64,000 nucleotides of DNA, from contig OZ244226.1 in NCBI GenBank assembly GCA_965217035.1, positions 744,001 through 808,000 on the forward strand, written 5' to 3'. Position 1 is the first letter of the stretch; every line of letters starts with the position of its first letter. Below, one piece after another: positions 49,900 through 58,975 of this stretch. The notes under the pieces were generated by a model. That model was not told the DNA's origin, did not search any database, and saw nothing but the letters and a program-made list of their open reading frames with translations. The position numbers and the translations under genes were made by a program. This stretch comes from Bacteriovoracaceae bacterium. Lineage in GTDB: Bacteria > Bdellovibrionota > Bacteriovoracia > Bacteriovoracales > Bacteriovoracaceae.

Positions 49900-49939
49900 A
49901 TTACACCTTCTGATAAGTTGAATAAAGGAGGCATAAGTT

Positions 49940-50686
49940 TTGTTCAATCAACATCAAATTCAAATTGTATGTGGTCCGTGCAGTCTAGAGTCTGAAACTC
50001 AGATTCAATCTTTCTTTCAAAGCTTCTCAACCATGAGGTATTTACGAGCTGGAATCTATAAAATGAGAACCTCTTCGAAAAACTTTCAAGGCCTGAGAGA
50101 GAAAGGAGTAGAAATTATTAAGAGTTTACGAAGACATCACTCTTTTCAGCTTATCTCGGAAGTTGTTTCCCCTGAATCTTTAGAGATACTAGATCCTGTT
50201 TGTGACATTTTTCAAGTAGGCTCTAGAAATATGTATAATTATGAACTACTCAAGGAACTCAGTAAAACTGGAAAGCCTATACTATTAAAAAGAGCTTTTA
50301 CAGCAACCCTTCAAGAGTTTATTTATGCGGCCGAATATATCGAAAACAGCAAAGAACGAGTTATACTCTGTGAGCGTGGAGTAAGAACTTTCGAAAAAAG
50401 TTATCGAAACATGATGGATATAAACGCTATAGCTTATCTTAAACAACAAACTCCTTATACGGTTTTTGCAGACCCTTCTCATGGGACAGGAGTTTCTGAA
50501 CTTGTCTCTCCACTAGCCTATGCATCAATTGCTGCAGGAGCCGATGGATTACTTATTGAAGCTCATCCCAATCCCAAAGAATCCTTTTCTGATGCTCAGC
50601 AAGCTCTTAGTCTCGGTCAACTTTATCAACTCATTGAAAGAATCAAAGATTTTTCAAAAATCTTAAAAAAGGAAGTTGTTTATTAA
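49940..50686 (+). CDS. aroF: DAHP synthase type I-beta, catalytic domain only
   Basis: GPCS.ES, K.RTS, QVGSRNM, LCERG.RTFE, DPSHG, SD..Q; SD AAGGAGG, TTG start. Confidence 0.85.
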   Translation: MFNQHQIQIVCGPCSLESETQIQSFFQSFSTMRYLRAGIYKMRTSSKNFQGLREKGVEIIKSLRRHHSFQLISEVVSPESLEILDPVCDIFQVGSRNMYNYELLKELSKTGKPILLKRAFTATLQEFIYAAEYIENSKERVILCERGVRTFEKSYRNMMDINAIAYLKQQTPYTVFADPSHGTGVSELVSPLAYASIAAGADGLLIEAHPNPKESFSDAQQALSLGQLYQLIERIKDFSKILKKEVVY

Positions 50687-51345
50687 TGCCTTCTAAATCA
50701 AAAATACAGCCAATGTTTAACAGGATTGCGGACAAATATGACTTATTGAATAATCTCCTCTCTGTTGGAACTCATTGGCTATGGAAAAGGAGACTCATTC
50801 GCCTAATAAAATCAGAAGAGCCCTACTCCCTCCTTGATGGAGCGACAGGAACTGGTGATATCGCAATCCTTGCACAATCCTTTTGCCCTCAAATTTTAGC
50901 AATCGACTTTTCTGAAGAAATGTTAAACTTTGCTCGAAGAAAGAAAAGTAGAGTTAAGTTTGAATATGGTGATTTAACAAACTTAATTCTTCCAGAGAAG
51001 TCTTATGATGTTTCTTCTGTTTCATTTGGAGTTCGTAATGTTGAAAGCTTAGAAATATGCTTAAGTGAACTCTCACGAGTTACCAAAAAAAAAGTCTATA
51101 TTTTAGAATTTGGAACTCCTAGAAACTTTCTCTTTCGGTCTATCTATTTTGGAGTTATGAAATATATAATTCCTTTTATAGGAAAAATCTTTAAACAAAA
51201 AGAAGCTTATAACTATCTTATCACTTCATCCATTTCATTTCCTTCAGATGAAAGTTTTCTAGAAATAGCAAAACCTTATTTTAAAGAAAGTCAGTACTAT
51301 TCATTAATGGGCGGAATTGCATATATTTACGAACTTAAACCATAA
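50686..51345 (+). CDS. menG: Demethylmenaquinone methyltransferase
   Basis: MF..IA..YD..N..LS.G.H..W, DGATGTGD, FGVRNV, LEF. Confidence 0.9.
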   Translation: MPSKSKIQPMFNRIADKYDLLNNLLSVGTHWLWKRRLIRLIKSEEPYSLLDGATGTGDIAILAQSFCPQILAIDFSEEMLNFARRKKSRVKFEYGDLTNLILPEKSYDVSSVSFGVRNVESLEICLSELSRVTKKKVYILEFGTPRNFLFRSIYFGVMKYIIPFIGKIFKQKEAYNYLITSSISFPSDESFLEIAKPYFKESQYYSLMGGIAYIYELKP

Positions 51346-52559
51346 TTCTTGAGAATTTCTTCAGCGTCACTCGGTCCAACTTTTTTCTTTCTCTGTAGAA
51401 CTTCCTTCAAATCACACTTTAATTTTTCTCTAATAGCATGATCAGGGGTTGCTTGATAAACAATATTATCGATATGAAGATTCATATGCCCTTTCACTAT
51501 TCCTGTGGTGACAAGACTCTTTAAAGCAGCATAGTTTTGCAATAAACCTGCAACAAACATTGATGCAGCAAGATCATATGTTGAGTTAATTCTCATAATC
51601 TGTAACGCCATTTTGGAGACAGGATGAAGCTTTGTCATCCCACCAATTGTTCCGAGTTGAAAAGGAAGTTCACAAAATCCTTTCAATAGACCGCTCTGAT
51701 AACGCCAAGTTGTCAATGGTTTATACTGACCGGATCGGCTTCCCCACGAATGCAATGTTGCATTCATCGCACGCCAATCATTGCCTGTAAGAACAACAAT
51801 AGAGTCTACAGCATTCATGAAACCTTTATTGTGAGTAGAGGCTCTTCTCCAATCTTCTTCCGCAAAACGCGAAGCAAGTTCAATTCTTTGACCAACCTCA
51901 GGACTTATTTGGGTCTCAGCTTCAATCCTTATATGCGCTTCGTTCGAAGTATTAGAAACGATACTCATAAGAGGTTTAGGGAAACACCACCGCATAGCGA
52001 ATAAAGACAGTGTTTCTCCCATTTGCGTTATTAAATTAGCTCCCATGGCCTCAAGAGGATCAATTGTTAATTCATAAATAATGAACGTTTCTGTTTCTTT
52101 TTTTGTAAAAGACTCTACTTTCCCACCACGCTCGAAATAAGAAAAAAATCTTTCTTTTAAAAAAATCTCTATTTCTACCCAATAATCAAGCAAACAGCCT
52201 CTCAAGTCTTTTTTTGGATAACTAATCTGACCTGTTATTTGCCTCTTAAGAGACGTCACTTTTACATGCCCTTGATCTCTAAACTCTTTAGCTGATTTAT
52301 TGAGAGCTGCAACAACTGAACTTTCTTCTACAGCTAGAAGCAGAGTTTTTAACTCATTTCCAACTGGAACTCTATTCACAAGTCCCACAGGCAAGGGCAT
52401 GAAACCAATAAAGTTTTCAATAGAAATATCTCCGACCTCGTCAGGAAAAGGTAAATCTCCTAAAAAATAATCGACTCCTTTAATATGAGAAAAAATCTCT
52501 TCAAAGTTTAGACGTCGCTTATTCAATGGTTGTTTGTATAGCTTTTTAAAATCGTTCAT
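51327..52559 (-). CDS. mvaA: Class II HMG-CoA reductase
   Basis: ENFIG..PLPVG, EESSVVAA, AMGAN, THNKG.MN, GNDWRA, GHM.LH (catalytic E, K, D and H present); start refined to 52559. Confidence 0.88.
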   Translation of the reverse strand: MNDFKKLYKQPLNKRRLNFEEIFSHIKGVDYFLGDLPFPDEVGDISIENFIGFMPLPVGLVNRVPVGNELKTLLLAVEESSVVAALNKSAKEFRDQGHVKVTSLKRQITGQISYPKKDLRGCLLDYWVEIEIFLKERFFSYFERGGKVESFTKKETETFIIYELTIDPLEAMGANLITQMGETLSLFAMRWCFPKPLMSIVSNTSNEAHIRIEAETQISPEVGQRIELASRFAEEDWRRASTHNKGFMNAVDSIVVLTGNDWRAMNATLHSWGSRSGQYKPLTTWRYQSGLLKGFCELPFQLGTIGGMTKLHPVSKMALQIMRINSTYDLAASMFVAGLLQNYAALKSLVTTGIVKGHMNLHIDNIVYQATPDHAIREKLKCDLKEVLQRKKKVGPSDAEEILKNYGLSS

Positions 52560-52626
52560 AATATCATGAACAATATTAAACCAGGTTTGTCTGGAGAACA
52601 ATATTGTTAAACAAAAATCGAACATT
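52551..52626. promoter_or_regulatory. Two operator candidates: ATCGTTC-N10-GAACAAT (52551-52574) and ATTGTTA-N10-GAACATT (52603-52626)
   Basis: Same geometry as the 49876 site; they overlap the start codons of the divergent mvaA and polyprenyl synthase genes. Confidence 0.6.
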
Positions 52627-53539
52627 TTCTGAAATAGATCTAAGTGATGTTTTCTTTTTAGAAGACAACAAAACTCTAGACATCAAGCTAGAGCAGATTG
52701 AATATCTCGACAAAGGAAAAAAAATGCGAGCGAGCGTTTGTCGTGAATTTGGAGATATCCTAGGTATTAGTTCAGAAAAATCATCAATACTTTCTCGCGT
52801 TGTAGAAATGATTCACAATGCGACACTTATCCACGATGATGTCATTGATAAATCAGAACAAAGAAGATCCTCAAAAACACTTCATCAAATTATAGATAAT
52901 CGAAAAACTATTCTCTTTGGAGATTATGTTTTAGCAAAAGCGTTAAACGAACTTTCAACTCTTAACGAACCCTATCTTGTTACTGAAATTTCAGAATGTC
53001 TAAGGAGACTTGTTCTTGCGGAATGGGATCAATACCAAACAATCAATCCCTTTGAATTTTCTATGAAAAATTATTTTTCAATGGCAAGCAATAAAACAGG
53101 AACACTCTTTGCCTGGGCCTTACTTGCTCCTTACTCTTTATTTAGCTCAAATCTTCAGGAAAGAGAAGTGATACGGTCGATTGGAGAGAATCTTGGTATC
53201 GCCTTCCAGATTCAAGATGATCTTATGGACTTTAATCCAAATAGTATAAAAACTTCTTACCTAGATTTTAAAAATAATAATCCAAATGTTGTCTTCTCAT
53301 TTACGACTCAACTTACCGAAGAGCAAAAGAAGTTGTTCCTCATAGAGAATGACTTCGAAAAACTTAGCCTTGATATGAAAAAGAAAATACAGGACTCAAT
53401 CTACAAAGCTGAAAAACTTTTTTTGAATAAAATAGATGAGGTCGAAACATTAATAGAAGAAATAAGAGAACTGTCAGGATATTCTTTTAATAATTTTTTT
53501 GAATCTCTAATTTTTACGATAAAGAATCGAGCTTATTAA
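52604..53539 (+). CDS. Polyprenyl diphosphate synthase
   Basis: GK.MR, EMIHNATLIHDDVID...RR, KTG.LF, FQIQDDLMD. Confidence 0.9.
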   Translation: MLNKNRTFSEIDLSDVFFLEDNKTLDIKLEQIEYLDKGKKMRASVCREFGDILGISSEKSSILSRVVEMIHNATLIHDDVIDKSEQRRSSKTLHQIIDNRKTILFGDYVLAKALNELSTLNEPYLVTEISECLRRLVLAEWDQYQTINPFEFSMKNYFSMASNKTGTLFAWALLAPYSLFSSNLQEREVIRSIGENLGIAFQIQDDLMDFNPNSIKTSYLDFKNNNPNVVFSFTTQLTEEQKKLFLIENDFEKLSLDMKKKIQDSIYKAEKLFLNKIDEVETLIEEIRELSGYSFNNFFESLIFTIKNRAY

Positions 53540-54036
53540 GTGCTTCTGAACTGTTTCCATTTCTGAAGGACAATCGAGTCGAGCTTCAAAAATCCACCAA
53601 TTGCTTTATTAGCATAATTCGTTAGTTTCTTGAGAGTTTTTAGTCTCTTTGGTGATATATTGTGCTCTTTTAAATAATCTGAATCGAGTTCAAGTAATTT
53701 GTTAATTTCATCTGTAACAGAATTAATCATAGCTTTTTCACGAGAACGGATAACAAAAAGAATCGCCTCCATGACATTAGGATTTGCCATGACCATTTCT
53801 GCTCCATATTTTCCATGACCAGCCTCAAGAACAACCTTATGCTTTTTTAGTTCTGTAAGACTCATACTTAATAATGCTTTGGAGATTCCAAGTTTTTCCT
53901 TGAGCTCCCTAGACGACATGGCTTCTTCGTTAAGAAAAAGATAAACCCAGATTTTCCCATGGATACTTTTGAAGCCCCAATATTCTATAAATTCTCCAAT
54001 ATTAGAAGATAATTTAGTGAGTACATCTTTTGACAT
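53536..54036 (-). CDS. GbsR/MarR-family transcriptional regulator
   Basis: IG.F...WGF..IHG.IW..LFL...MS..EL...LGISK...S..L.EL. Confidence 0.8.
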   Translation of the reverse strand: MSKDVLTKLSSNIGEFIEYWGFKSIHGKIWVYLFLNEEAMSSRELKEKLGISKALLSMSLTELKKHKVVLEAGHGKYGAEMVMANPNVMEAILFVIRSREKAMINSVTDEINKLLELDSDYLKEHNISPKRLKTLKKLTNYANKAIGGFLKLDSIVLQKWKQFRST

Positions 54037-54039
54037 TTA

Positions 54040-54894
54040 TCAATAATGCCATGGAAATTTTGTAAAGTCTTGATCTCTTTTCTCAAGAAAAGCGTCTCTC
54101 CCCTCTTGAGCTTCTTCTGTTTGATAGGCTAACCGCGTTGCCTCACCTGCAAAGACCTGCTGACCAATAAGTCCATCATCGATCAAATTAAAAGCATATT
54201 TAAGCATTCTCATCGCAGTTGGAGATTTCTTGTTGATGATCTGGGCCCATTCAAGCGCCACTTCTTCGAGCTTATCATGCTCAACAATTGCATTAACCAT
54301 CCCCATCTCATAAGCCTCTTGAGCTGAATACTCCTTTCCTAAGAAAAAGATCTCTCGCGCTTTTTTCTGACCAATATTTCTTGCAAGATAAGCTGAGCCA
54401 AATCCAGCATCAAAACTGGCAACATCTGGATCTGTTTGACGAAACTTTGCATGTTCTTTCGAAGCAATGGTCATATCACAAGTAACGTGGAGAGAATGTC
54501 CTCCTCCTACGGCCCAGCCGTTCACAACAGCAATAACAACTTTAGGCATGAAACGAATCATTCTTTGAACTTCAAGAACATGAAGCCTCCCGACTTGTGT
54601 TTCATCTTCATACTTATATCCATCTTTTCCACGTGTTCTTTGATCTCCCCCTGAACTAAACGCCCATTGACCATCTTTAGGAGAAGGACCATTCCCAGTG
54701 ATTAATACTGTTCCGACGGCTGTTTGCCCTTGAGCATGTCTCAGAGCTGTAAGAAGTTGATCCACTGTCTGGGGTCTAAAAGCATTAAGGATTTCTGCTC
54801 GATCAAAAGCGATCCTAACTGTTTTTTCGTCTTTTGAATGATGATAAGTAATATCTGTAAATTTAAATTGTTCGAATTCTATCCAGTTTTTCAT
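54040..54894 (-). CDS. menB: 1,4-dihydroxy-2-naphthoyl-CoA synthase
   Basis: NAFRP.TV, FSSGGDQ, GWAVGGGH, VASFDAG.GS, EAQEGRDAF. Confidence 0.95.
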   Translation of the reverse strand: MKNWIEFEQFKFTDITYHHSKDEKTVRIAFDRAEILNAFRPQTVDQLLTALRHAQGQTAVGTVLITGNGPSPKDGQWAFSSGGDQRTRGKDGYKYEDETQVGRLHVLEVQRMIRFMPKVVIAVVNGWAVGGGHSLHVTCDMTIASKEHAKFRQTDPDVASFDAGFGSAYLARNIGQKKAREIFFLGKEYSAQEAYEMGMVNAIVEHDKLEEVALEWAQIINKKSPTAMRMLKYAFNLIDDGLIGQQVFAGEATRLAYQTEEAQEGRDAFLEKRDQDFTKFPWHY

Positions 54895-54969
54895 GAAATT
54901 ATCTTAATCTAAATGAGGTCAATTCTGATTTTCGTGTAAGAAAAGTCTATCTTCTGTTAATCTTTAAAA

Positions 54970-56352
54970 ATGAATCTTAAAATTGCCATTGCTGGCGCCT
55001 CAGGTTTTATCGGTCGCTCTTTGATGAAAGAAATTCTCAAGGAAACTGATCATAAAATTATAGCTCTTAGTCGGCGCAAAAAAAGCTCCAAAGAGCCCAG
55101 AATCAATTGGCGTCAATGCGACATGTACTCACTAAAAGACATCCAAGAAGGACTATCAGGAGCTGATATTGCTATTTATCTAGTTCATTCGATGCTACCA
55201 ACCGCCAGACTCTCACAAGGAAATTTTGCTGACTATGACCTGATCCTCGCTGACAATTTCGCAAGAGCAGCAAAAAAAGAGAGTCTTAAGCAAATTATTT
55301 ATCTTGGTGGTATCATCCCAGATGCTCAAAACATAAGTGAACATCTCAGAAGTCGCGTCGAAGTTGAGTCTGCATTAGCAGCCAGTGGAGTTCCCCTCAC
55401 TTCTTTGAGAGCTGGAGTTGTTCTGGGCCCAGAAGGATCTTCATTTACCATGATGCTTAATCTCGTCAAACGTTTACCTTTCATGATATGCCCTTCATGG
55501 ACATCAACGCTCTCAAATCCCATAGCTATTTGGGATGTTCATCAATCAATCCTAGAGGTTCTCAATAAATCACAACACTTTTCTAAGCATTATGATATTG
55601 GTGGAAGCGAAACCGTTTCTTATCGTGACATGATGTTAACCCTTGCTAAAAACCTGAAGAAAAAAAGACTTTTTATTTCGATTCCTTTTGTCTCCCCTAG
55701 ACTATCAAAATTGTGGGTTTCTCTAATTACAGGAGCACCGAGTGATCTTGTCTATCCACTTGTTGAAAGTTTAAAAACACATATGGTTCCCGATAAAAAC
55801 TTTAGCCTTGATATCGATAAAGACTTTACGGCCTTCAGTGATGCCATTGAAAAAATATTAAAGGAGACTCCCAAAAAGTCGCGACCGAATGCTTTTAAAT
55901 ATACGGGGATCACTCAATCTAATGAAGTTCGATCTATCCAAAGACTTCAAAGTCTTTATCGCTTTAAGGCAATTGAAGTCGCTTCTCATTACTTCAAATG
56001 GTTGCCTCAATTCTGGTCACCACTTATTCGAATTGTGCGAACTAATGCGAGAATATATTTTAAAATTTCACTCCTTCCTGGAAATGCTTTAATTCTGGAA
56101 TATTCCCCAGACAGAAGCTCAAAAGACCGACAACTATTTTATATTCGAGGAGGTTATCTGGCCCTAGGCGAAGGCAGAGGACGTTTGGAATTCAGAAATA
56201 TCATCAATGACCGCTATACTCTAGCTGCAATCCATGAATTCAAGCCAGCCCTTCCATGGTATCTCTATAAATATACTCAAGCTCTGATTCATTTATTTAC
56301 AATGAAAGCTTTTGATAAACATTTAATTGAGTTGAGAAAAACATCGAATTAG
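54970..56352 (+). CDS. YbjT-like NAD(P)-binding oxidoreductase (atypical SDR)
   Basis: GASGFIG, YLVHSM, S.HL.SR, LRAG..LG..GSSF, PRLS.LW. Confidence 0.82.
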   Translation: MNLKIAIAGASGFIGRSLMKEILKETDHKIIALSRRKKSSKEPRINWRQCDMYSLKDIQEGLSGADIAIYLVHSMLPTARLSQGNFADYDLILADNFARAAKKESLKQIIYLGGIIPDAQNISEHLRSRVEVESALAASGVPLTSLRAGVVLGPEGSSFTMMLNLVKRLPFMICPSWTSTLSNPIAIWDVHQSILEVLNKSQHFSKHYDIGGSETVSYRDMMLTLAKNLKKKRLFISIPFVSPRLSKLWVSLITGAPSDLVYPLVESLKTHMVPDKNFSLDIDKDFTAFSDAIEKILKETPKKSRPNAFKYTGITQSNEVRSIQRLQSLYRFKAIEVASHYFKWLPQFWSPLIRIVRTNARIYFKISLLPGNALILEYSPDRSSKDRQLFYIRGGYLALGEGRGRLEFRNIINDRYTLAAIHEFKPALPWYLYKYTQALIHLFTMKAFDKHLIELRKTSN

Positions 56353-56367
56353 TTATATAATAAAGTT

Positions 56368-56481
56368 ATGAAGATTATAGCTCCAATTTTAAAACTTTGC
56401 GCTGCGGTCATAGGGATTCTCTCAATTGTTCTTCCAGCATTTATTCCTATCGGTGTTGTGTACGGACTTTTATTTCACTAA
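56368..56481 (+). CDS. 37-aa hydrophobic small protein (not in the ORF track)
   Basis: MKIIAPILKLCAAVIGILSIVLPAFIPIGVVYGLLFH*; TTGAGA-N18-TATAAT 6 nt before the ATG. Confidence 0.55.
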   Translation: MKIIAPILKLCAAVIGILSIVLPAFIPIGVVYGLLFH

Positions 56482-57942
56482 TCTCTTTTCAAACTTCTCA
56501 GCTGCAACTAGAATTCTTTTCTTCTTTTCAAAATCCATCTTATCATACATTTTTACCATCATATTCATTCGATGATTTTTCTGGAGGAATTCTCGTTTAC
56601 GATCAATGAATCGCCAATACAACCCGTCAACTCCATCACACCATTCTGGATCTTTTTTATAATGACTCATTTTTAGAAGATAATTGGAGCCACTTATATA
56701 GGGCTTAGTCGCAAAAATTCCTCCATCACTAAATTGAGACATTCCAAAAACGTTGGGACCCATTACCCAATCAGAGGAATCAACAAACATTTCCATAAAC
56801 CACTTATAAACTTCTTGAGGATGGACTTCTAAAAGAAGCATGAGGTTACCAACAACCATTAATCTTTCAATATGATGAGAATAACCTGTTCGAACAGCCT
56901 TCTTGATCGAGAAATCTAAAGGTGGAATTCCTGTTGTTCCTTCATACCAATGGTTCGTAAGTTTCTTTTTATGATTGAAGAAATTCTTTTCTTGCTGAAT
57001 TTCATCAAAGTTTTGATAAATACCGCGAACAAATTCTCTCCATCCCATCACTTGGCGGATAAACCCTTCTACTGCATTAAGATTATCTTTATTCAATTGC
57101 TTTTCTATCTCTTTCACCACTTCATCTGGAGTAAAAAAACCAATATTTAGAAAAGGGCTAATCACTGAATGGAAAAGAAAATCACAACGCTCATCAATCG
57201 CATCTTGATAATCTCCAAAATATTTAAACCGTTCAGAGATATAAGACTTAAACCACTTGAGTGCAGACTTTCTATCAACAGGGATCCAATAGTTTTCAAC
57301 TTCTCCAGGGTGGTCAGAAAAGTTCTTATTAACAAGTTCTTTAACTTCTTCAGTAATTGGAGTTGAAATAGATTCAGGAACAAAGGGTTCAATAATAAAC
57401 TTCTTAGGTATTTTCTTTCGATTATCTTGATCGTAGTTCCATTGCCCACCTAAAGGCTCCTCTTTGTTCATGAGAATTTTGAAATTTTTTCGTTGTTGAA
57501 TATAGAAATTATTCAAGAAAGGCTTCTTTCCTTGATCGAGATAAGCTTTGAAATCGTCTCGAGAAACCATAAACATGGGACTTTGATGAAAGACAAGCTT
57601 AATCTTTTCTTTTTCACAAAACTCGCCCATCTCTTGTTCGAAAAATTTATCTTCAATCTCGAAGCAGTGAATTTCTTTGATTTGACCATTCTCAATAAAA
57701 GACTTTAATCGTTGGGAAAAATTCTGTTTTGAAAGCTTATTGTAGTTCACTTCGAAATCAGCGATCTCAAGCTCTGCTCTGTAAGTTCTCATCGAAGCTA
57801 AAAAATGAATAATCTTATGCTTATGGTATTTAAAATGAGTGCAAAGACTAAAGTCTTCACACATAAATACCTTCTTCGGAAAATTTTTGTAGTACCTAAT
57901 GGGAAATAGCTGATTACCAAGAATTAATGTCATTTTTGCCAT
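56470..57942 (-). CDS. Cryptochrome/photolyase family, PhrB-like (6-4) photolyase without FeS cysteines
   Basis: LILGNQL, HKHKI....SMR, GGQWNYD.DNR, EGFIRQ..GWRE, HHIERLM, KPYISGSNY. Confidence 0.88.
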   Translation of the reverse strand: MAKMTLILGNQLFPIRYYKNFPKKVFMCEDFSLCTHFKYHKHKIIHFLASMRTYRAELEIADFEVNYNKLSKQNFSQRLKSFIENGQIKEIHCFEIEDKFFEQEMGEFCEKEKIKLVFHQSPMFMVSRDDFKAYLDQGKKPFLNNFYIQQRKNFKILMNKEEPLGGQWNYDQDNRKKIPKKFIIEPFVPESISTPITEEVKELVNKNFSDHPGEVENYWIPVDRKSALKWFKSYISERFKYFGDYQDAIDERCDFLFHSVISPFLNIGFFTPDEVVKEIEKQLNKDNLNAVEGFIRQVMGWREFVRGIYQNFDEIQQEKNFFNHKKKLTNHWYEGTTGIPPLDFSIKKAVRTGYSHHIERLMVVGNLMLLLEVHPQEVYKWFMEMFVDSSDWVMGPNVFGMSQFSDGGIFATKPYISGSNYLLKMSHYKKDPEWCDGVDGLYWRFIDRKREFLQKNHRMNMMVKMYDKMDFEKKKRILVAAEKFEKRLVK

Positions 57943-58010
57943 GCTTCAATTTACCAAAACCTGAACCTGAATCAAATGACATCTAAGATTTATCCCAGTA
58001 AGATTTTGAC

Positions 58011-58859
58011 ATGAAATTTGGTCGAGGAAATTTCAAAGGGAATTATTCCTTTAAAAATACTCTTCTCAGGGAAGAGTTCTCTTTCAAGAACTATATTGGT
58101 TTGCCTCAGTGGGGAACACCTGAATGGAAAGGACTTCTCTATCCTCAAAAATGTCCTCCAAAAAAATTTCTTGAAGAATATGCCAAACGGCTCAATTGTG
58201 TCGAAGTCTCCTCAACGTTTTATAGCACTGTTTCTAAAGAAAGATTTCTTGAGTGGAGATCAATGGTTCCAGGGGAGTTCCGGTTTCTTCCAAAATGGCC
58301 TCAATCTATTACCCACCAAAATTATCTTACTGACTGCAATAAAGAAGTGAGTGAATTTATTGATTGCGTTTCAGTTCTTGAAAACAATCTAGGAACAACA
58401 TTTTTACAATTACCTCCTCAATTTAGTTCAGATTTCAAAAGAGGACTTTTTTATTTTCTTGAAAGTCTTCCTGAAGGTTTTCCAATTGCTTTAGAGTTTA
58501 GGCATCGTTCTTGGTTTGAAAATGAAAGAGTTTATTCAAAATTAGAAGAATATTTGATCAAGAAAAATATCTCAATGGTTTGCTCAGACACAGCAGGAAG
58601 AAGAGATGTTTTTCATAAAAGTTTTACAGGAAATCGAAATATCATTCGTTATTTAAGTGACGAAAATAACGAACATGATCAAATTCGTCTTAAGCAATGG
58701 AAGGATTGGATTGACTCGCAAAATAAAGGCGGTGATTGCTTCTTTATTATTCATCGACCTGATAATGCCTTTGCCCCTCATCTATTTAAATTTTGGGATA
58801 ATGACTTCTCCGAGTCAATTCTTTGGAAAGAGCAAGCACTTCAAAGTGAATTGTTTTAA
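58011..58859 (+). CDS. DUF72 (YecE-like) protein
   Basis: W.G..YP, VEVSSTFY, F..K.P..ITH, FLQLPP.F, EFRH.SW; promoter ATGACA-N17-TAAGAT-N6-ATG. Confidence 0.88.
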   Translation: MKFGRGNFKGNYSFKNTLLREEFSFKNYIGLPQWGTPEWKGLLYPQKCPPKKFLEEYAKRLNCVEVSSTFYSTVSKERFLEWRSMVPGEFRFLPKWPQSITHQNYLTDCNKEVSEFIDCVSVLENNLGTTFLQLPPQFSSDFKRGLFYFLESLPEGFPIALEFRHRSWFENERVYSKLEEYLIKKNISMVCSDTAGRRDVFHKSFTGNRNIIRYLSDENNEHDQIRLKQWKDWIDSQNKGGDCFFIIHRPDNAFAPHLFKFWDNDFSESILWKEQALQSELF

Positions 58860-58975
58860 GTTTTGCAAAGTTAACAATGTCTACTTCTTTGACAGTCTGT
58901 AAATAGTCTCTAATTCCCACTCTCCTAAAATTTATGATGTTAAACTTGTTGTAATCAATATTTTAAGGAATCAAA

